From: Escherichia coli
GTDB taxonomy: Bacteria > Pseudomonadota > Gammaproteobacteria > Enterobacterales > Enterobacteriaceae
NCBI RefSeq assembly: GCF_048403405.1
Contig: NZ_CP183129.1
Strand: one strand, 5' to 3'
DNA length: 64,000 bases
Shown here: in pieces, positions 63,181-64,000 of the stretch
Layout: the number at the start of each line of letters is the position of its first letter
Position numbering within the stretch: position 1 is the stretch's first letter
Position numbers and translations under genes: made by a program
Notes under the pieces: model-generated
What the model was told of the DNA's origin: nothing
The model's input: the letters and a program-made list of their open reading frames with translations, nothing else
Databases searched by the model: none

Positions 63181-64000
63181 GTGAACGGTGAATTGATTTG
63201 GGTTCTTTCATTACTGGCCGTTGCCATCGTCTTGTTTGCGACGGGCAGAGTGCGTATGGATGCGGTCGCTTTGTTTGTTATTGTCGCGTTTGCATTAAGC
63301 GGAACGCTGACGGTCCCCGAAGTATTTTCCGGCTTTTCCGATCCTAACGTTGTCCTGATTGCCGCCTTGTTCATTATTGGCGATGGTTTGGTCCGTACCG
63401 GTGTTGCCACTGTAATGGGGACATGGCTGGTCAAAGTGGCGGGCAACAGTGAAATCAAAATGTTGGTTTTGTTGATGCTGACCGTCGCGGGGCTTGGCGC
63501 GTTTATGAGTTCAACCGGCGTTGTCGCTATCTTTATTCCTGTGGTGTTAAGCGTTGCCATGCGTATGCAAACGTCGCCGTCGCGCCTGATGATGCCGTTA
63601 AGTTTTGCCGGGCTGATAAGCGGCATGATGACGCTGGTGGCGACGCCGCCGAACCTGGTAGTCAACAGTGAATTGCTGCGTGAAGGCTATCATGGTTTTA
63701 GTTTCTTTAGCGTAACACCTATTGGCCTGGTCGTGCTGGTGCTGGGTATTTTGTATATGTTAGTGATGCGTTTCATGCTGAAAGGGGATACCCAGACCCC
63801 GCAGCGCGAAGGCTGGACGCGTCGAACCTTTCGCGATCTTATCCGTGAATATCGACTGACCGGGCGTGCGCGTCGTCTGGCTATTCGCCCCGGTTCGCCA
63901 ATGATTGGTCAACGGCTGGACGATCTCAAACTACGTGAGCGTTATGGCGCTAACGTCATCGGTGTTGAACGCTGGCGGCGTTTTCGTCGCGTTATCGTGA
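63181..64000 (+). CDS. yfbS: Putative transporter YfbS, N-terminal part (3' end beyond window)
   Basis: GTG start; manual translation [37 protein letters not shown]... continues open to the window end; the ORF track only shows an antisense ORF here. Confidence 0.85.

Noticed and set aside
63165-63665. 166-aa minus-strand ORF at window end
   Set aside because: Antisense to yfbS; the plus-strand GTG-initiated frame at 63181 gives a clean transporter N-terminus.

Overview
The window splits into two parts. Positions ~1-36,450 are a P2-family (Peduovirus-like) prophage plus AT-rich flanking cargo; positions ~36,580-64,000 are conserved E. coli-type chromosome (pdxB-usg-truA-dedA-accD-folC-dedD-cvpA-purF-ubiX-argT-hisJQMP-rpnB(yfcI)-yfcH-folX-yfcG-yfcF-yfcE-yfcD-yfcC-pta-ackA-yfbV-yfbU-yfbT-yfbS). 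All calls rest on reading the six-frame translations and the DNA by eye against remembered protein families; no searches were run. The prophage has a near-complete P2 gene set: ogr, D, sheath FI, tube FII, E/E' chaperone with a -1 frameshift, tape measure T, U, baseplate V/W/J/I, tail fiber H, tail fiber assembly protein, lysis cassette, head genes L/M/N/O, terminase P, portal Q, replication protein A, cox, C repressor and integrase next to pdxB. Unusual points: (1) a Gin/Pin/Cin-family invertase with a ~3.1 kb invertible tail-fiber segment bounded by gix-like inverted sites; (2) the FI-FII-E-T-U block is inverted relative to canonical P2 order; (3) a ParM/ParR-like actin-type partition pair with repeat elements lies downstream of gene A, where P2 carries tin/old; (4) next to it, between the partition pair and cos/Q, sits a strongly AT-rich two-gene membrane-protein cassette I cannot assign to any family, preceded by a mini-ORF and intrinsic terminator, which is the best candidate for an undescribed accessory or anti-phage system; (5) the left flank carries an unannotated Hok-family toxin ORF and two AT-rich genes. 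Prophage ends (att sites) and the cos site could not be fixed from sequence alone.
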